Below are positions 28,193-37,924 of a stretch of DNA of 64,000 nt, in pieces. This DNA is from an uncultured Gemmatimonadales bacterium. Lineage in GTDB: Bacteria > Gemmatimonadota > Gemmatimonadetes > Gemmatimonadales > GWC2-71-9. The notes under the pieces are model-generated. The model saw only the letters and a program-made list of their open reading frames with translations, was not told the DNA's origin and searched no databases. The position numbers and the translations under genes are program-made. Location: assembly GCA_963728915.1 (NCBI GenBank), contig CAVSLV010000001.1:1536001-1600000 (forward strand), written 5' to 3'. How positions within the stretch are numbered: position 1 is the first letter of the stretch; every line of letters begins with the position of its first letter.

Positions 28193-29122
28193 TTGGCGCT
28201 TCCGCTGGTTCAGATCACTCCAACCCCGTCCCGGGCCCCGCTTCCTCCGGTAGCACTGGTTGCACCGAGAAAGCCGGCCTGGCTCAAGGTCAAGGCGCCC
28301 GGAGGACAGAACTACGTCCGTCTCAAGCACCTGATGCGGAAGCTGGACCTGCACACGGTCTGTGAGGAAGCCCGCTGTCCGAACATCGGTGAATGCTGGG
28401 AGCATCAGGCAGCCACCTTCATGATCCTGGGAGATGTCTGCACCAGGAACTGCGCCTACTGCGCGGTCGCCCACGGCACCCCCACCGCGTTCGACCCACT
28501 GGAGCCGGCGCGGCTCGCCGAAGCGGTCGAGGCGATGGGCTTGCAGCACGTGGTGATTACCTCGGTGGATCGGGATGATCTTCCCAACGGCGGGGCCGAA
28601 GCCTTTGCCGGCTGTGTCACCGAGATCCGCCAGCGCCTGCCGGACACCTCGGTCGAGGTCCTGATTCCCGATTTCAAAGGCTCCGAGCGGGCCCTTCGCA
28701 TCGTAGTTGAGACCCGGCCGGCCATTCTGAATCACAATCTCGAGACGGTCGAACGGCTCTACCCCCTGGTTCGTCCCGGCGGCCGCTATGCCCGGGCCCT
28801 CGAGCTCCTGGGCCGCGCCCGGGCGATGGCGCCGGATGGATTCACCAAATCGGGCATCATTCTCGGGATGGGTGAGGAGTGGGACGAGCTCCTGGTGGCC
28901 ATGCGCGATCTCCGGTCTCACGGAGTCCGGATCCTCACCCTGGGCCAGTATCTCCGGCCCTCGGCCGGACACCTGCCGGTGTCGCGGTTCTACACCCCGG
29001 AGGAATTCGCGGAGCTGGGCGCCCTTGGCATGGCCATGGGGTTCGAGCATGTGCAGTCGAGCCCGCTCACCCGCTCGTCCTATCACGCCTGGGATCAGGC
29101 TCGCGCGGCGATGGCCGGCTGA
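28193..29122 (+). CDS. lipA: Lipoyl synthase
   Basis: CEEARCPNIGEC, CTRNCAYC, RSSY; start probably TTG 28193. Confidence 0.96.
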   Translation: MALPLVQITPTPSRAPLPPVALVAPRKPAWLKVKAPGGQNYVRLKHLMRKLDLHTVCEEARCPNIGECWEHQAATFMILGDVCTRNCAYCAVAHGTPTAFDPLEPARLAEAVEAMGLQHVVITSVDRDDLPNGGAEAFAGCVTEIRQRLPDTSVEVLIPDFKGSERALRIVVETRPAILNHNLETVERLYPLVRPGGRYARALELLGRARAMAPDGFTKSGIILGMGEEWDELLVAMRDLRSHGVRILTLGQYLRPSAGHLPVSRFYTPEEFAELGALGMAMGFEHVQSSPLTRSSYHAWDQARAAMAG

Positions 29123-30165
29123 TGGCGACCCGCATCCGGCCCGCCGCGGGCGAGGCGTCTCGGGGCAACGACGCCGACACCGCCGCCCTGCACCATCGCT
29201 ACCTGCGCCAGATGCTGCTGATCCGGCGTTTCGAGGAAAAAGCGGGCGAAGCCTACAGCCTCGGGAAGATCGGCGGGTTCTGCCATCTCTACATCGGCCA
29301 GGAGGCCGTCGCGGTGGGCGCGATCTCGGCGCTTCGGGAGGATGATTACGTCACCACCGCCTATCGGGAGCACGGCCAGGCCCTGGCTCGGGGCATCACT
29401 CCGCGGGCGGTCATGGCGGAGCTCTTCGGGAAAAAGACCGGCTGCTCGGGCGGCAAGGGCGGCTCGATGCACCTCTTCGATGCCGGGTTAGGATTTCTCG
29501 GCGGGCACGGCATCGTGGGAAGCCACATCCCGGTCGCGGCGGGAGTCGGGTTCGCCATCAAATACAAGGGCGGCGATCAGGTCAGCACCTGCTTTTTCGG
29601 CGAAGCCGCGGCGAACATCGGGGCCTTCCACGAGACCCTCAACATGGCGTCGCTCTGGAAGCTCCCGGTCATCTTCATCTGCGAGAACAACGGGTACGGC
29701 ATGGGCACCGCCATCGCCCGGGCCAGTGCGGTGCGCGATCTGGCGGTCCGCGGCAACGCGTACGACATGCCCGCGGAAGTGGTCGACGGCCAGGACGTGC
29801 TGGCGGTCCGCGAGGCGATGGACCGGGCGGTGGAGCGGGCCCGCACGCAATCCCAGCCGACCCTGTTCGAGATCCGGACCTACCGCTATGTCGGCCACTC
29901 GATGTCCGACGCGGCCCACGGGACCTACCGGACCAAGGACGAGGTCGAGGAGTTCCGCCGCCGCGATCCGATTCAGGTGCTCGGGGATCGAATGCGAACG
30001 GACGGCCACCTCGACGACGCCGGATGGGAAAGCCTCGATGCCGAGGTCAAGGCGGAGGTGGAAGACGCCTTCCGCTTCGCCGAGGAGTCGCCGGACCCGG
30101 ATCCGGAGGATCTCTACAAGGACGTCTACGCACCCGGCGACCCGTCGCGAGTGACGAACCGATGA
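29122..30165 (+). CDS. pdhA: Pyruvate dehydrogenase E1 alpha
   Basis: GFCHLYIGQEA, GKGGSMH, CENNGYGMGT, YRYVGHSMSD. Confidence 0.95.
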   Translation: MATRIRPAAGEASRGNDADTAALHHRYLRQMLLIRRFEEKAGEAYSLGKIGGFCHLYIGQEAVAVGAISALREDDYVTTAYREHGQALARGITPRAVMAELFGKKTGCSGGKGGSMHLFDAGLGFLGGHGIVGSHIPVAAGVGFAIKYKGGDQVSTCFFGEAAANIGAFHETLNMASLWKLPVIFICENNGYGMGTAIARASAVRDLAVRGNAYDMPAEVVDGQDVLAVREAMDRAVERARTQSQPTLFEIRTYRYVGHSMSDAAHGTYRTKDEVEEFRRRDPIQVLGDRMRTDGHLDDAGWESLDAEVKAEVEDAFRFAEESPDPDPEDLYKDVYAPGDPSRVTNR

Positions 30166-31139
30166 CGGTCATCACCTACCGCGACGCCCTGAATCACGCG
30201 CTTCGCGAGGAAATGCAGCGGGACGACCGGGTCTTCCTCATGGGAGAAGAGGTCGCGGAGTACGATGGCGCCTACAAGGTGAGCCGGGGGTTGCTCAAGG
30301 AGTTCGGCCCCAAACGGGTGGTGGATACCCCGATCGCGGAGCTGGGCTTTACCGGTATCGGGGTGGGTGCTTCGCTGGTCGGGCTCAGGCCGGTGATCGA
30401 GATGATGACCTGGAACTTCGCGCTGCTCGCCATCGATGAGATCGTGAACGGCGCCGCCAAACTCCGCTACATGTCGGGCGGGCAGCTCGGCTGCCCGGTG
30501 GTTTTCCGCGGCCCCAGCGGCGCGGCGCTTCAGCTCGCGGCTCAGCATTCCCAGGCGTTCGAAAGCTGGTACGCCCATGTTCCCGGACTGAAGGTGATCT
30601 GTCCCGGCACCCCGGCCGACGCCAAGGGATTGCTCAAGAGCGCCATTCGAGACGACGACCCCATCGTCTTCATGGAAGGCGAAATGTTGTACAACACCAA
30701 GGGCGAGGTCCCTGACCAGGAATATCTGATCCCGATCGGGAAGGCGGAGGTGAAGCGGGAAGGCTCCGACGTCACCCTGATCTGTCACGGCAAGATGGTC
30801 TCGGTGGCGCTCAAGGCCGCCGAGGAGCTCGCCAACGAGCAGGTCAACGCCGAAGTGGTGGACCTCCGGACTATCCGACCGATGGACGTGGAGGCGGTGC
30901 TCGGCTCGGTCGCCAAGACCAACCGCTGCGTGGTGGTCGAAGAGGGATGGCCCTTCGCCGGGGTCGGCGCCCAGGTGGTCGATACGATTCAGCGCGAAGC
31001 CTTCGATACCCTCGATGCGCCGATTCTCAGGGTCACCAACGCGGATGTCCCGATGCCGTACAACCGTGCGCTCGAGCGGGCCGCCAAGCCCGACGCGGCC
31101 AAGGTGGTCGACGCCGCCCGAAAGGTCCTGTACCAGTAA
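30162..31139 (+). CDS. pdhB: Pyruvate dehydrogenase E1 beta
   Basis: MGEEVAEYDGAYKV, DTPIAE, AAQHSQ, DLRTIRP. Confidence 0.95.
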   Translation: MTVITYRDALNHALREEMQRDDRVFLMGEEVAEYDGAYKVSRGLLKEFGPKRVVDTPIAELGFTGIGVGASLVGLRPVIEMMTWNFALLAIDEIVNGAAKLRYMSGGQLGCPVVFRGPSGAALQLAAQHSQAFESWYAHVPGLKVICPGTPADAKGLLKSAIRDDDPIVFMEGEMLYNTKGEVPDQEYLIPIGKAEVKREGSDVTLICHGKMVSVALKAAEELANEQVNAEVVDLRTIRPMDVEAVLGSVAKTNRCVVVEEGWPFAGVGAQVVDTIQREAFDTLDAPILRVTNADVPMPYNRALERAAKPDAAKVVDAARKVLYQ

Positions 31140-32347
31140 TGGCCACCCGCATCGTGATGGAGGCGCTCTCCCCCACCATGGAGGAAGGACGTCTGGTCGA
31201 GTGGAAGAAGCAGGAAGGCGAAAAGGTGGACCTCGGCGACGTCCTCGCGGAAGTCGAAACCGACAAGGCGGTGATGGAGCTGGTGGCGCGGGCTGCGGGC
31301 ACGTTGCTCAAGCAGCTGGTGCCGGCTGGAGCGACGGTACCGGTCTCTCAGCCGGTGGGTTGGATCGGGTCGCCGGGGGAGTCGGTTGAGGGGGGACAGG
31401 CGGACAGGCGGACGGGCGGACCGACCTCACTGGCCCCTCCGACCCCTCCGACCCCTCCGACCTCACTGACCTCACTGACCCCTCCGACCTCACCGACCGG
31501 CCGCGTCAAGGCCTCGCCTCTGGCGCGCCGCATGGCCGCAGAGCAGGGTGTCGACCTCTCCACGGTGAGCGGATCCGGTCCAGAAGGCAGGATCATCAAG
31601 CGAGATCTCCGCGCCGGGGCGGAGCGGCGTACTCCGGAGGCGGCGCCCGCCAGCCAGGCCGGTGGGTTCGAGGATGTGCCGCTGACGCAGATCCGGAAGA
31701 CGATCGCAAAGCGACTGAGTCAATCGATCGGCCCGATCCCGACGTTCTATCTCACTTCGGAAGTGGACATGGAGCGGGCCACCGAGGCGCGCGAGGCGCT
31801 CAACGCGACGGCCGGGGATCAGGGGAAAATCTCCTTCAACGACATCGTGCTCAAGGCGGTCGCGACCGCCCTGCGTCAGCACCCGGCCTGCAATGCGTGG
31901 TGGCAGGACGATCATATCCGGATCTGGCACGAGGTCCATCTCGGCATGGCCGTCGCCGTGCCCGACGGCCTCATCACCCCGGTGATCCGGAACGCCGAGC
32001 GCCGCTCACTCCGCGAGATCGCGGCGGAGACTCGCGACCTGGCCAGCCGGGCCCGGGAGCGGAAGCTCACCCCGGAGGAGTACACCGGCAGTACCTTTTC
32101 GGTCTCCAATCTCGGCATGTTCGACATCGAGCATTTCACCGCGGTGATCAATCCCCCGGAGGCGGGGATCCTCGCGGTGGGCAGCATCGCGCCGGTTCCC
32201 GCGGTGGTCGACGGGGAGGTGACGGTGCGGCGCCGGATGCGGATGACCCTGTCGTGCGATCATCGGGTGATCGACGGCGCGACCGGCGCCCGGTTCCTGC
32301 AGAGTCTCAAGCTGATGCTGGAGAATCCCCTGGCGCTGGTGTGGTAG
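31139..32347 (+). CDS. pdhC: Dihydrolipoamide acetyltransferase E2 (one lipoyl domain)
   Basis: LSPTMEEG, VETDKA, ASPLARR, GSGPEGRI, DHRVIDG. Confidence 0.95.
   Translation: MATRIVMEALSPTMEEGRLVEWKKQEGEKVDLGDVLAEVETDKAVMELVARAAGTLLKQLVPAGATVPVSQPVGWIGSPGESVEGGQADRRTGGPTSLAPPTPPTPPTSLTSLTPPTSPTGRVKASPLARRMAAEQGVDLSTVSGSGPEGRIIKRDLRAGAERRTPEAAPASQAGGFEDVPLTQIRKTIAKRLSQSIGPIPTFYLTSEVDMERATEAREALNATAGDQGKISFNDIVLKAVATALRQHPACNAWWQDDHIRIWHEVHLGMAVAVPDGLITPVIRNAERRSLREIAAETRDLASRARERKLTPEEYTGSTFSVSNLGMFDIEHFTAVINPPEAGILAVGSIAPVPAVVDGEVTVRRRMRMTLSCDHRVIDGATGARFLQSLKLMLENPLALVW
31394..31498 (+). repeat. Octamer (GGACAGGC x3) plus nonamer (YGACCYCWC x8) tandem array encoding the E2 linker
   Basis: GGACAGGC GGACAGGC GGACGGGC GGAC, then CGACCTCAC TGGCCCCTC CGACCCCTC CGACCCCTC CGACCTCAC TGACCTCAC TGACCCCTC CGACCTCAC. 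Confidence 0.9.
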
Positions 32348-32386
32348 GATGGGAGGATTGGAGACCTTTAACCCGCAGAGGCAGTC

Positions 32387-33781
32387 GTGGCTCAATTCGA
32401 TATCATCGTGATCGGAGGCGGTCCCGCGGGCTATGTGTGCGCGATCCGCGCCGCCCAGCTCGGCCTCGCGACCGCGGTGGTCGAGAAGGAGAAGCTCGGA
32501 GGGGTCTGCGTCAACATCGGGTGCATCCCCACCAAGGCGCTGCTCCATAGCGCCTACGCGCTGCACCTGATCCAGCACGACGCCAAGGCCCTGGGGATCG
32601 AGGTCGGCCAGGTCAAGGCGGACTACGGCGTCGCGATGAAGCGGTCCCGCCAGGTGTCCGACCAGAACTCACGCGGGGTCGAGTTCCTGATGAAGAAGCA
32701 CAAGATCACGGTGCTCAAGGGGACCGGCGTGCTCCTGCCCGGGAAGAAGGTGAAGGTCGGAACCGAGGTGCACGAGGCGAAGAAGGCCGTGGTCCTCGCC
32801 ACCGGCTCGCGGGTCAAGGGCATCCCCGCGATCGGGCTCGAGATCAACAAGACCAGTGTCATCAGCTCGGACGAAGCGCTCTTCCTGGAGAAGGTCCCGG
32901 GCTCGCTCGCCATCGTGGGCGCGGGCGCGGTGGGCAGCGAGTTCGCGGACATCTTTTCGGCGTTCGGCACCAAGGTGACCCTGATCGAGGCGCTGCCCCG
33001 GATCCTTCCGCTCGAGGACGCCGAATCCTCGGACACCATCACCAAGACGTTCAAGAAGCGGGGGATCACGGTCCTGGCCGGCGCCAAGGTCAAGCAGGCG
33101 TCCGTCACCGATCAGCAGGTCGTGCTCGAGGTCGAGGCGGATGGGAAGACCGAGGCGATCACCGTCGACAAGGTGCTGATGGCGGCGGGACGGGCGGTGA
33201 ATACCGAAGGCATGGGCTTTGAGGAGAGCGGGGTCAAGCTCACCGATCGCGGTTTCGTGCAGGTGAACCTGTCCACCCTCGAGACCACCGCGACGGGGGT
33301 GTACTGTATCGGCGACGTGGCGGGGCCGCCGATGCTGGCCCACAAGGGCAGCCGGGAGGGGGTGGTCGTCGCCGAGCTGGTCGCCGGACACAAGCCCCAT
33401 CCCATCCGGTACGACAACGTGCCCAGCGTCACCTACTGCCACCCCGAAGTCGCAAGCATCGGGCTCACCGAAGAGCAGGCCAAGGAGAAGAAGCTCGAGT
33501 TTCAGGTCGGGCGGTTCCCGCTCAGCGCCAATGGCCGGGCCAGGGCCTCCCTGGAGACCGACGGGTTCGTCAAGATCCTTCGGGAGAAGAAGTACGGCGA
33601 GATCCTCGGTGCCCACATCGTCGCCAGCCATGCCTCGGAGATGATCCACGAGCTGGTGGTGGCCCGGGAGAACGAGTACACCGTGGAAGAGGTCGACCTC
33701 GCCATTCACGCTCACCCGACGCTGTCCGAGGCGATCGCGGAAGCCTGCCTCGATTCCATGGGGCGGGCCCTCAACATCTAG
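32387..33781 (+). CDS. lpdA: Dihydrolipoyl dehydrogenase E3
   Basis: GGGPAGY, GGVCVNIGCIPTK, HAHPTLSE. Confidence 0.96.
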   Translation: MAQFDIIVIGGGPAGYVCAIRAAQLGLATAVVEKEKLGGVCVNIGCIPTKALLHSAYALHLIQHDAKALGIEVGQVKADYGVAMKRSRQVSDQNSRGVEFLMKKHKITVLKGTGVLLPGKKVKVGTEVHEAKKAVVLATGSRVKGIPAIGLEINKTSVISSDEALFLEKVPGSLAIVGAGAVGSEFADIFSAFGTKVTLIEALPRILPLEDAESSDTITKTFKKRGITVLAGAKVKQASVTDQQVVLEVEADGKTEAITVDKVLMAAGRAVNTEGMGFEESGVKLTDRGFVQVNLSTLETTATGVYCIGDVAGPPMLAHKGSREGVVVAELVAGHKPHPIRYDNVPSVTYCHPEVASIGLTEEQAKEKKLEFQVGRFPLSANGRARASLETDGFVKILREKKYGEILGAHIVASHASEMIHELVVARENEYTVEEVDLAIHAHPTLSEAIAEACLDSMGRALNI

Positions 33782-33785
33782 TCTC

Positions 33786-34214
33786 GTGGACCATGAGGAG
33801 GGTCCGCCCGGCCTGGTCGGGCTGGTTCTCGGCGGGCTCGGCTTCGGAGTCCTTCTCGGTGTCGCGCTCCAGGCGCTGGTAACCTGGATCGTCCGCGGTC
33901 TCCAGGCCGGGACGGCCGCCTCGACCCAGCCGCCCAGTCTCTCCTCCGCTCCCGCGCTGGTCCTGCTGCTGGGAACCCTGGCCGGCATCCTCGCCGCGGG
34001 AATCGCCACCTGGACCTGGGTCTCCCCGATCCGGAACCCGTGGCGCCAGGCGATGCTGGCGATGATTGCCGGGTTAGGCTCCTTCGTGGTTTCCCTCCTC
34101 ACCATTCCCGTGGATCGCCGGTTCGGGCGGCCCGGCCTGCTCGGGCTCGCGCTCGGGGCGGTGGGCCTCGCGGTGCTGATCGGGCGGCGCCGGATTTCGG
34201 CCCGGCGGCCATGA
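33786..34214 (+). CDS. Hypothetical 4-TM membrane protein
   Basis: Hydrophobic segments; between lpdA and lipB, ATGA overlap with lipB. Confidence 0.7.
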   Translation: MDHEEGPPGLVGLVLGGLGFGVLLGVALQALVTWIVRGLQAGTAASTQPPSLSSAPALVLLLGTLAGILAAGIATWTWVSPIRNPWRQAMLAMIAGLGSFVVSLLTIPVDRRFGRPGLLGLALGAVGLAVLIGRRRISARRP

Positions 34215-34867
34215 CTCCGATCCTGGTCACCGACCTGGGCCGCCGCCCCTACGGCGAGGTCCTCGAGCTCCAGCGGTCGCTGTGCCGGCGCCGCGCGGCG
34301 GGCGAATCGGCGAGCGACCAGCTCCTCCTGGTCGAGCACGAACCGGTCGTCACGCTGGGACGCAGTACCCGACCGACCAGCATGCCGGTTCCACCCGAGC
34401 TGCTGGAAGCGCGAGGCCTCGAGCTCTTCGCGGTGGAACGCGGCGGTGATGTGACCCTCCACGCGCCGGGCCAGATGGTGGGGTACCCGATTCTCGATCT
34501 CTCGGGCTGGCGGCACGACCTCCATTGGTACCTGCGCCAACTGGAGGAGGTGCTGATCCGGGGACTCGATTCGCTCGGGATCCCCGCCGAGCGAAATCCG
34601 GGGAAGACCGGCGTCTGGACGTCGGGACGGAAGATCGCGAGCATCGGGATCCACGTGAAGCAGTGGGTCACCATGCACGGGTTCGCCCTCAACGTGACGA
34701 CCGATCTCTCCTGGTTCGACCTGATCGTCCCGTGCGGCCTCCCCGACGTGACGATGACCAGCGTGGCGGAAGAACAGCCCGGGCTGGCCGATCCGTGGAG
34801 GGTTACCCGGGGAGCGGTGCTGGCGGCGTTCGGCGAAGTCTTTCAGCGCGAGATGGTCGGATCCTGA
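34211..34867 (+). CDS. lipB: Lipoyl(octanoyl) transferase
   Basis: EHEPVVTLG, RGGDVTLHAPGQ, KIASIG, HGFALN, IVPCG. Confidence 0.96.
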   Translation: MTPILVTDLGRRPYGEVLELQRSLCRRRAAGESASDQLLLVEHEPVVTLGRSTRPTSMPVPPELLEARGLELFAVERGGDVTLHAPGQMVGYPILDLSGWRHDLHWYLRQLEEVLIRGLDSLGIPAERNPGKTGVWTSGRKIASIGIHVKQWVTMHGFALNVTTDLSWFDLIVPCGLPDVTMTSVAEEQPGLADPWRVTRGAVLAAFGEVFQREMVGS

Positions 34868-34907
34868 TCTCTCCCGCCGGCCCCGTTTCCCCTTATTATG
34901 CGTTGTT

Positions 34908-35447
34908 ATGTCGGAGCTGGACGAGGAAAAGGTCAGCGCGCTCGCGGATGCCCTGGTGGCCGACATTCTGCGCGCCGCTGCGAGCTGGGCCCGGGATGTC
35001 CCTCCGGCGCTCACGCCGGCGATCCGCGCCGTCAGCCTACGGCTCGCCGAGATGATCGCCGACCAGCGGCACTACCTCGCCCCCCTGCCGGAGCCCCAGG
35101 AATCCGAGCGCACCCAGGTGCTCAATCTGGTGGCGGAACGGCTCCGCAGTCCGTCGGTGAGCCAGGGCATCGCCCCGCTCCTGGCGGAGTTGAGCGACCA
35201 GGAGCTCCGCTCGACCGGGTCCTGGGCGACCTCGGCGAGCGCCCAGAGCGAATGGATCGCCACCGCGATCACTTTCCTGGAAGGGAAGAGTCGAGCGCTT
35301 CCGGCGGACCAGCGACCGGATCCCTACTGGGGGGATGATGTGGTCGCGGGGATCGTCGCTTCGGTGCGGGCGGTCATCGGAATCGACGAGCTCCATGCCC
35401 GTACCGAAGCGCGATACTCCGGGGGTCACAAGCAACCCGAGGAGTGA
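34908..35447 (+). CDS. Hypothetical protein
   Basis: 179-aa ORF filling the gap; TATTAT 8 nt upstream of the ATG. Confidence 0.6.
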   Translation: MSELDEEKVSALADALVADILRAAASWARDVPPALTPAIRAVSLRLAEMIADQRHYLAPLPEPQESERTQVLNLVAERLRSPSVSQGIAPLLAELSDQELRSTGSWATSASAQSEWIATAITFLEGKSRALPADQRPDPYWGDDVVAGIVASVRAVIGIDELHARTEARYSGGHKQPEE

Positions 35448-35453
35448 CTTCCC

Positions 35454-36797
35454 TCAGCGTCGCTCGGCGAGTTTCCGGAAAAAGGTTCCGAACACCTGGA
35501 TCCCGTCGATCACCTGCTGCACATTCACCTTCTCGTTGGGGGAGTGCAGCCCGTCATCGGGGAGCCCGATCCCGGTGAGCAGCACGGGCGCTCCGCCCCG
35601 CTGAAGCGCCGGCACCACCGGGATCGAACCACCGGCCCGGACCGGAACGGTGCCCCGCCCCACGACCGATTCGAACGCTTCATCGAGGAGCTTGAAGGCG
35701 GGGTCGCTCACGTTGCAGAGCACCGGATCCCCCCCGTGGAGCAGCTTGACCTCGACCGTTGCATAACCCGGGGCCAGCTTCTTGACCGCCCGGGTGAGCC
35801 ACTTGCCCACCCGTTCGTAGGGTTGTCCCGGCACCAGCCTGAGACTGACCTTGGCGACCGCCTGGGCGGGGATGACGGTCTTGGCCCCTTCCCCGGTGAA
35901 TCCTCCCCGAATGCCGTGGATCTCGAAGGTGGGAAGGGCCCAGGTCCGCTCCAGCACCGAGAATCCCTTGAGACCGGTCAGCGCCTTGGCCGTCACCTCC
36001 TCGCGCATGAAACGCTGCTTCTTGAACGGCAGCCGCTTCCACGCCTTCCGCTCCGTCTTGGTGGGCGGAATCACCGCCTTGTAGAGTCGGGGGATGTTGA
36101 TCCGGCCGGCGCGGGTCTTGAGGTCACACAGCAGCCGGACCATGGTTTCCATCGCGTTCGGCGCGACGCCCCCATAGGTGCCGGAATGGAGGTCCCGCTC
36201 CAGGGTGCGGAGGTGAATCTCGGCATAACAGATGCCCCGGAGCCCGGTGTAGACCGCCGGCATGCCCGGGGCGTAGTACCCCATGTCCGCCACGACGACC
36301 GCGTCGACCGCGGTCCGGTCGGGCTCGTCCTTGAGGAGGTCGAAGATCACCTGACCTCCGCATTCCTCTTCGCCCTCGATGATGAAATGCACGTTGAGCG
36401 GAGGCTTCCCGGAGGCGTCGAGCACCGACGCATACGCCTTGAGCAGGGTAAACACCTGCCCCTTGTCATCCACCGCGCCGCGAGCATACAGCTTGCCATC
36501 CCGCACCGTGGGCTCGAACGGCGGGGACACCCACTCATCGACCGGATCCACCGGCTGCACATCGTAGTGGCCGTAACACAGCACGGTGGGCTTGCCCTCG
36601 ACCCGGGGACTCTCCGCCCACACCACAGGATGCCCCTTGCCTTCCAGCAGCTGGACCACCGGACAGCCCAGCGCCTTGAAGCGATCGACCAGCCAGTTCG
36701 CCGCCCGACGGCAATCTTCCGCGTGATCGGGCAGGGTGCTGATGCTGGGGATGCGGAGGAAGTCCGACAGCTCTTCGATCAGGGAGTCTTGATCCAT
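35454..36797 (-). CDS. M20 family dipeptidase
   Basis: YGHYDVQP, ARGAVDDKGQ, EGEEE, DLHSG, GGSIP, HSPNE. Confidence 0.93.
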   Translation of the reverse strand: MDQDSLIEELSDFLRIPSISTLPDHAEDCRRAANWLVDRFKALGCPVVQLLEGKGHPVVWAESPRVEGKPTVLCYGHYDVQPVDPVDEWVSPPFEPTVRDGKLYARGAVDDKGQVFTLLKAYASVLDASGKPPLNVHFIIEGEEECGGQVIFDLLKDEPDRTAVDAVVVADMGYYAPGMPAVYTGLRGICYAEIHLRTLERDLHSGTYGGVAPNAMETMVRLLCDLKTRAGRINIPRLYKAVIPPTKTERKAWKRLPFKKQRFMREEVTAKALTGLKGFSVLERTWALPTFEIHGIRGGFTGEGAKTVIPAQAVAKVSLRLVPGQPYERVGKWLTRAVKKLAPGYATVEVKLLHGGDPVLCNVSDPAFKLLDEAFESVVGRGTVPVRAGGSIPVVPALQRGGAPVLLTGIGLPDDGLHSPNEKVNVQQVIDGIQVFGTFFRKLAERR

Positions 36798-36810
36798 GGC
36801 AGCAACGAGT

Positions 36811-36839
36811 GGGAAGAGGGGAATAGGGAGTAGCGAATA
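36811..36839. repeat. Degenerate heptamer array in the intergenic gap
   Basis: GGGAAGA g GGGAATA GGGAGTA GCGAATA. Confidence 0.55.
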
Positions 36840-36844
36840 TAGCC

Positions 36845-37924
36845 CTATCTGCCGGCCACGACCTGCTCCAGCCGGGCGAAGGCCGAGTCTCCGCTCGCGC
36901 CCTCCATGAGCTCGCGCATCGCGGCAACGCTCGCCTTCACGCTCCGGCCATGCATCTGGTACCACCGATCGAACCAATCGAGATGGGTCCGATAGATCCG
37001 GACCCCCACCAGCGCGGCGTTGTTGATCGGCCGCTCGGCAAGCCGGGTAATCCGGAAGGTCCGGAACCGGGCGCCGAACGGCCCTTCGAGCTGTTCTCTC
37101 GCCCATTGCGCGATGACGCGCCGGCCCGCCTCGAGTGAATCGCCGGACGGCTTGCCCGCATAAAAGGCCTCGAGCTTCCCGACCAGGTCCCGGTAGTACT
37201 CCGCCAGCACGATCTCGTCGTACCAGCGGTCCCTGGCGCGGTTGGCGAGGAGGGTATCCCCACGCTCCCGGAAGAATTCCTCGGCCGACCGATACCCCAC
37301 CAGCTGGGCGAAGCTCTCGTTGAAGGCGGTGGCACTCTTGAGGTACAGCGTGTTATGGGCGATCTCGTGGAAGACCGTCCCGGCGAGCTCCACCGAGTCG
37401 TGCGCCAGCGCGGTGGAGAGGAGCGGATCCTCGAACCACCCCAGAGTGGAGAACGCGGCCGCCGGGCGCAGATAGATGTCGTTCCCCCGATCCGCCAGCT
37501 GCTTGGCCGCCCGCTCCGCCATACCGACGTCGAAGAATCCCTTGTACGGCACCCGACCCACGATGGGGTACTTCCAGGTGACCGGACAGATACAGTCCTT
37601 GCGGGATCCCGAGAGCACCAGCAGCAGCGTGTCCCGGCCCACGTCGGTGTAGCGGGTGTAGGTCCTGCCCGCCTCGAGACCCAGGTCCTCGGCGTGCTGC
37701 CGGACGTCCAGCACCAGGCGCAGGAGGTCCCGGGTGTCGGCGTCGGTCTTCGGGTCGGCGATGATGCGCTCGATCGGGCGGGCGTGCTCGAGAATGCCGA
37801 TCTCCTCGAACCCGGCGCGGCTCAGGTACCGGACGTCGGCGCTCCCGAGGTAGGCCGCTCCGTACCCCAGGATCAGCGCACCCACCGCGATCAAAAACCC
37901 CATGAAAAACCTTCGCCGCGTCAC
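36845..37924 (-). CDS. Putative zinc aminopeptidase (Aminopep/DUF2265 type)
   Basis: WKYPIVGRVPYKGFF, AFSTLGWFEDP, FHEIAH, FNESFA. Confidence 0.88.
   Translation of the reverse strand: MTRRRFFMGFLIAVGALILGYGAAYLGSADVRYLSRAGFEEIGILEHARPIERIIADPKTDADTRDLLRLVLDVRQHAEDLGLEAGRTYTRYTDVGRDTLLLVLSGSRKDCICPVTWKYPIVGRVPYKGFFDVGMAERAAKQLADRGNDIYLRPAAAFSTLGWFEDPLLSTALAHDSVELAGTVFHEIAHNTLYLKSATAFNESFAQLVGYRSAEEFFRERGDTLLANRARDRWYDEIVLAEYYRDLVGKLEAFYAGKPSGDSLEAGRRVIAQWAREQLEGPFGARFRTFRITRLAERPINNAALVGVRIYRTHLDWFDRWYQMHGRSVKASVAAMRELMEGASGDSAFARLEQVVAGR

Noticed and set aside
31422..31498. Possible CRISPR array
   Set aside because: Units are 9 nt and contiguous, with no unique spacers and no cas genes.
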